From Trichodelitschia bisporula (lineage: Eukaryota): 64,000 nucleotides of DNA. Numbering within the stretch: position 1 is the first letter of the stretch; every line of letters starts with the position of its first letter. Below the pieces are notes generated by a model, which saw only the letters and a program-made list of their open reading frames with translations, was not told the DNA's origin and made no database searches. Both the position numbers and the translations under genes were made by a program. Location: assembly GCA_010356995.1 (NCBI GenBank), contig ML996691.1, forward strand, positions 440,174-504,173. The letters are read 5' to 3'. Shown here piece after piece: positions 61,989-64,000 of the stretch.

Positions 61989-62664
61989 ATGTTGCTTTCA
62001 AGTATCGTAGCCGTCTTTGCCCTGTGCACCAGCGCCCTAGCGCAGAGGGCTACCGCACCGTTCACGGAGCCAAAGTCTGGAATCACCTTCCAGGCCTACA
62101 AGCACACATCGGGATACCAGTTCGGCATTGCACTGCCGCCCAAGCCGGGAAATGATTTCATCGGACATCTCGTGAGTCATCGGCCCTGGCTTTAGGGCCA
62201 GCCGCGCCACACATCACACTAACGGCTTTCAGTCCGCCCCTGCATCCGTTGGCTGGGCCGGCGGCGACCTCGGCCCGAAAATGGTCGGCAAGCTCCTCAT
62301 CGTAGCATGGCCGAACGGCGGGTCCGTCGTGGGTAGCCTGCGCAGAGCGACGCGCAAGTCGAGCCCGCCGCCATACACCGGCGCAGCGAAGCTGAAGCCC
62401 ATCGCGGCGGGGACGTACGCGAATGCTTCGCATTGGTCCTACACATTCTTGTGCGAGGGCTGCTTGGCTGATCCCGCTGTCGGATTTGCGAAAGATGCGC
62501 CTGCAGGTGATCTTGGTTGGGCGGCGGGTGCGAGGGCGCCTGCAGACAAGGCGAGTGCGAACGCCGGCTTATCGTATCACAACGTGGGCGCCGGGAGCAT
62601 TCAGGCGAATTTTGCGCAGGCGAAGGCGACGGGTTATGATGCCTGGGCGGCAAAGGCGGCATAG
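61989..62664 (+). CDS. Secreted stand-alone cellobiose-dehydrogenase cytochrome domain protein (DOMON-like, AA8)
   Basis: Signal peptide; FTEPKSGITFQ, FGIALP, DFIGHL, GWAG..LG..M (heme Met), LLIVAWPNG, HWSYTFLCEGC, LSYHN (heme His). Intron 62172-62232. Confidence 0.87.
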
Positions 62665-63049
62665 AGGGATTATGTATCTTGGAAAGTTGCAAAAGCATTG
62701 CGAGAATTACAGCTTGCATGCGTGATAGTGAGACAATCATCATGCTCTTTATATGTGCATAAATGGTGCTAGCGGTAAAACCACAAGTATGCAGATTTCC
62801 AAATGGCTGTACAACGGGCAATAGGACCGTGTTATGAGGGTTGTGGTTGCGTAGCAGAATCACTATGTTCTGCAACTGTATGGTAGGCGGACGTGCTGCT
62901 ACCAGGCTCCAGGGCAGGAGCCAATCATGTCCACCGAAGTACAATAAACGCCAGGCGACCCACAGCGAGGGTTCCTATGTTACATGCTGTATAGCCACCC
63001 CAACATCTGAGACGACAACAAAAAGGTCAAGGAATAAAATGCACTGCCG

Positions 63050-63690
63050 CTGTGCTGCACTCAACAGTGTAAAAGAAACTGCTGGCAACATGAAACCGTT
63101 AGACGCATGCCCAAAAAGAATATCTGAGAGACGCACCTTGCCTTGCACATCCCCAAATCCAGCCAGCTGGAAGATAGTAGTTCGATAATTGATACACAAT
63201 ACGCCCTCAAACCGGAGATACACGCCTAATCGAAAGTCGCCAATTAGGAGATGAGATTTTCAGAAATGCCCATCAATCAACTTCGCTTCCTGGGATCCAG
63301 CTCGTTCAAATCTTGCAGATATAAACAAGACACAGGTGATCGGACCGTATGAAGTACCGGAAGGTTTAACTCATAGAAAATAATTTGATGAGCCATATAT
63401 TATCCCAACTGTACCAACGTTGCATTCGTTCCTCGCAATTGCAGTTATCCCCGGTGCCCCTGCGGATTTGGGCGACAAACACCCAAGCATATGGTCATGA
63501 GCTATACGAGCAAGCAAGAACGATTGACTATAACAAAATGATCAACACTAGAAGAGGTCTAGAGGCAGTCACAAACTACATCATCAACAGAGGCTTCATC
63601 GGACAATTCAAGCTAGCTAAAGAATTCCGCCAGTCGGAACCCGAGATGTGGGAAAAAAGCCGCCCACACCCCACGAATTGTATATAAATC
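63050..63690 (+). mobile_element. Degraded non-LTR retrotransposon (LINE, Tad1-like) ORF2 3' end
   Basis: Across shifted frames: EGLT, SHILSQL, LHSFLA..IPG, zinc-knuckle CPCGFGRQTPKH, ELYEQARTIDY.KMINT.RGLEAVT..II..G.IGQFKLA. Boundaries are approximate. Confidence 0.65.
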
Positions 63691-64000
63691 CACAATCTCC
63701 TAGCGAGACTGGAAGGGAACCGGATGAAAGCGAGCCACCACAAAGCTGACGGCCCGCAACCGGAACCCTCCAGGAACCCCAAGAGAGCCGGAAAAGCTCA
63801 ATACAACGGAGGCCACAGCCCTCTCCCCAACCACAAACACAACATACTAGGACTAGCAACAACACCAGTCTACCCACACGTGAAGAATAGCGGATTCAAC
63901 ACCACCCTTGCTACCAGGAACCAGATCTTGCCCAAAGAGGAGCCGCCCCCCCCCCCCTGCGGCCTCCGGACACCACCTGGCATTCCTCAATTTCCTTCCT

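Noticed and set aside
63330..63365. VIGPYEV resembling a Gypsy integrase GPY/F motif
   Set aside because: Too short, and the adjacent motifs fit a LINE ORF2 C-terminus better.

Overview
Eukaryotic, intron-rich DNA from a filamentous ascomycete (Pezizomycotina; class cannot be fixed from sequence alone). Introns are short, with GT..AG ends and CTRAC/CTAAC-type branch points. About 22 apparently intact genes are present: VTC4 (5'-truncated), OST1, a diaminopropionate ammonia-lyase-like enzyme divergent from 5-oxoprolinase, an aquaglyceroporin, KXD1, an MPLKIP-motif protein, an Ayg1-like hydrolase, Ras2, a peroxisomal propionyl-CoA-synthetase-like enzyme, a HAD dehalogenase, the divergent histone H4/H3 pair, an Mpv17/PMP22 protein, an uncharacterised 630-aa protein, a CMD/AhpD-like peroxisomal protein, BUB1, CSN3, an MIT-domain protein and a stand-alone CDH cytochrome (AA8) protein. 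The most unusual part is a decaying accessory block at about 22.3-28.2 kb. It holds a frameshifted GNAT, a small beta-rich protein with an out-of-frame start, and, divergent from that, an intronless signal-less KP-43-like S8 protease with three TAG stops and one frameshift. Other notable signals are chained uORFs overlapping the MIT gene start, complementary C/G tracts bracketing RAS2, two stop-free 3n introns in BUB1, a GC-AG intron, and a LINE relic at the right end. No tRNA, rRNA or CRISPR array was found. All family assignments come from motif recognition, not from database searches.
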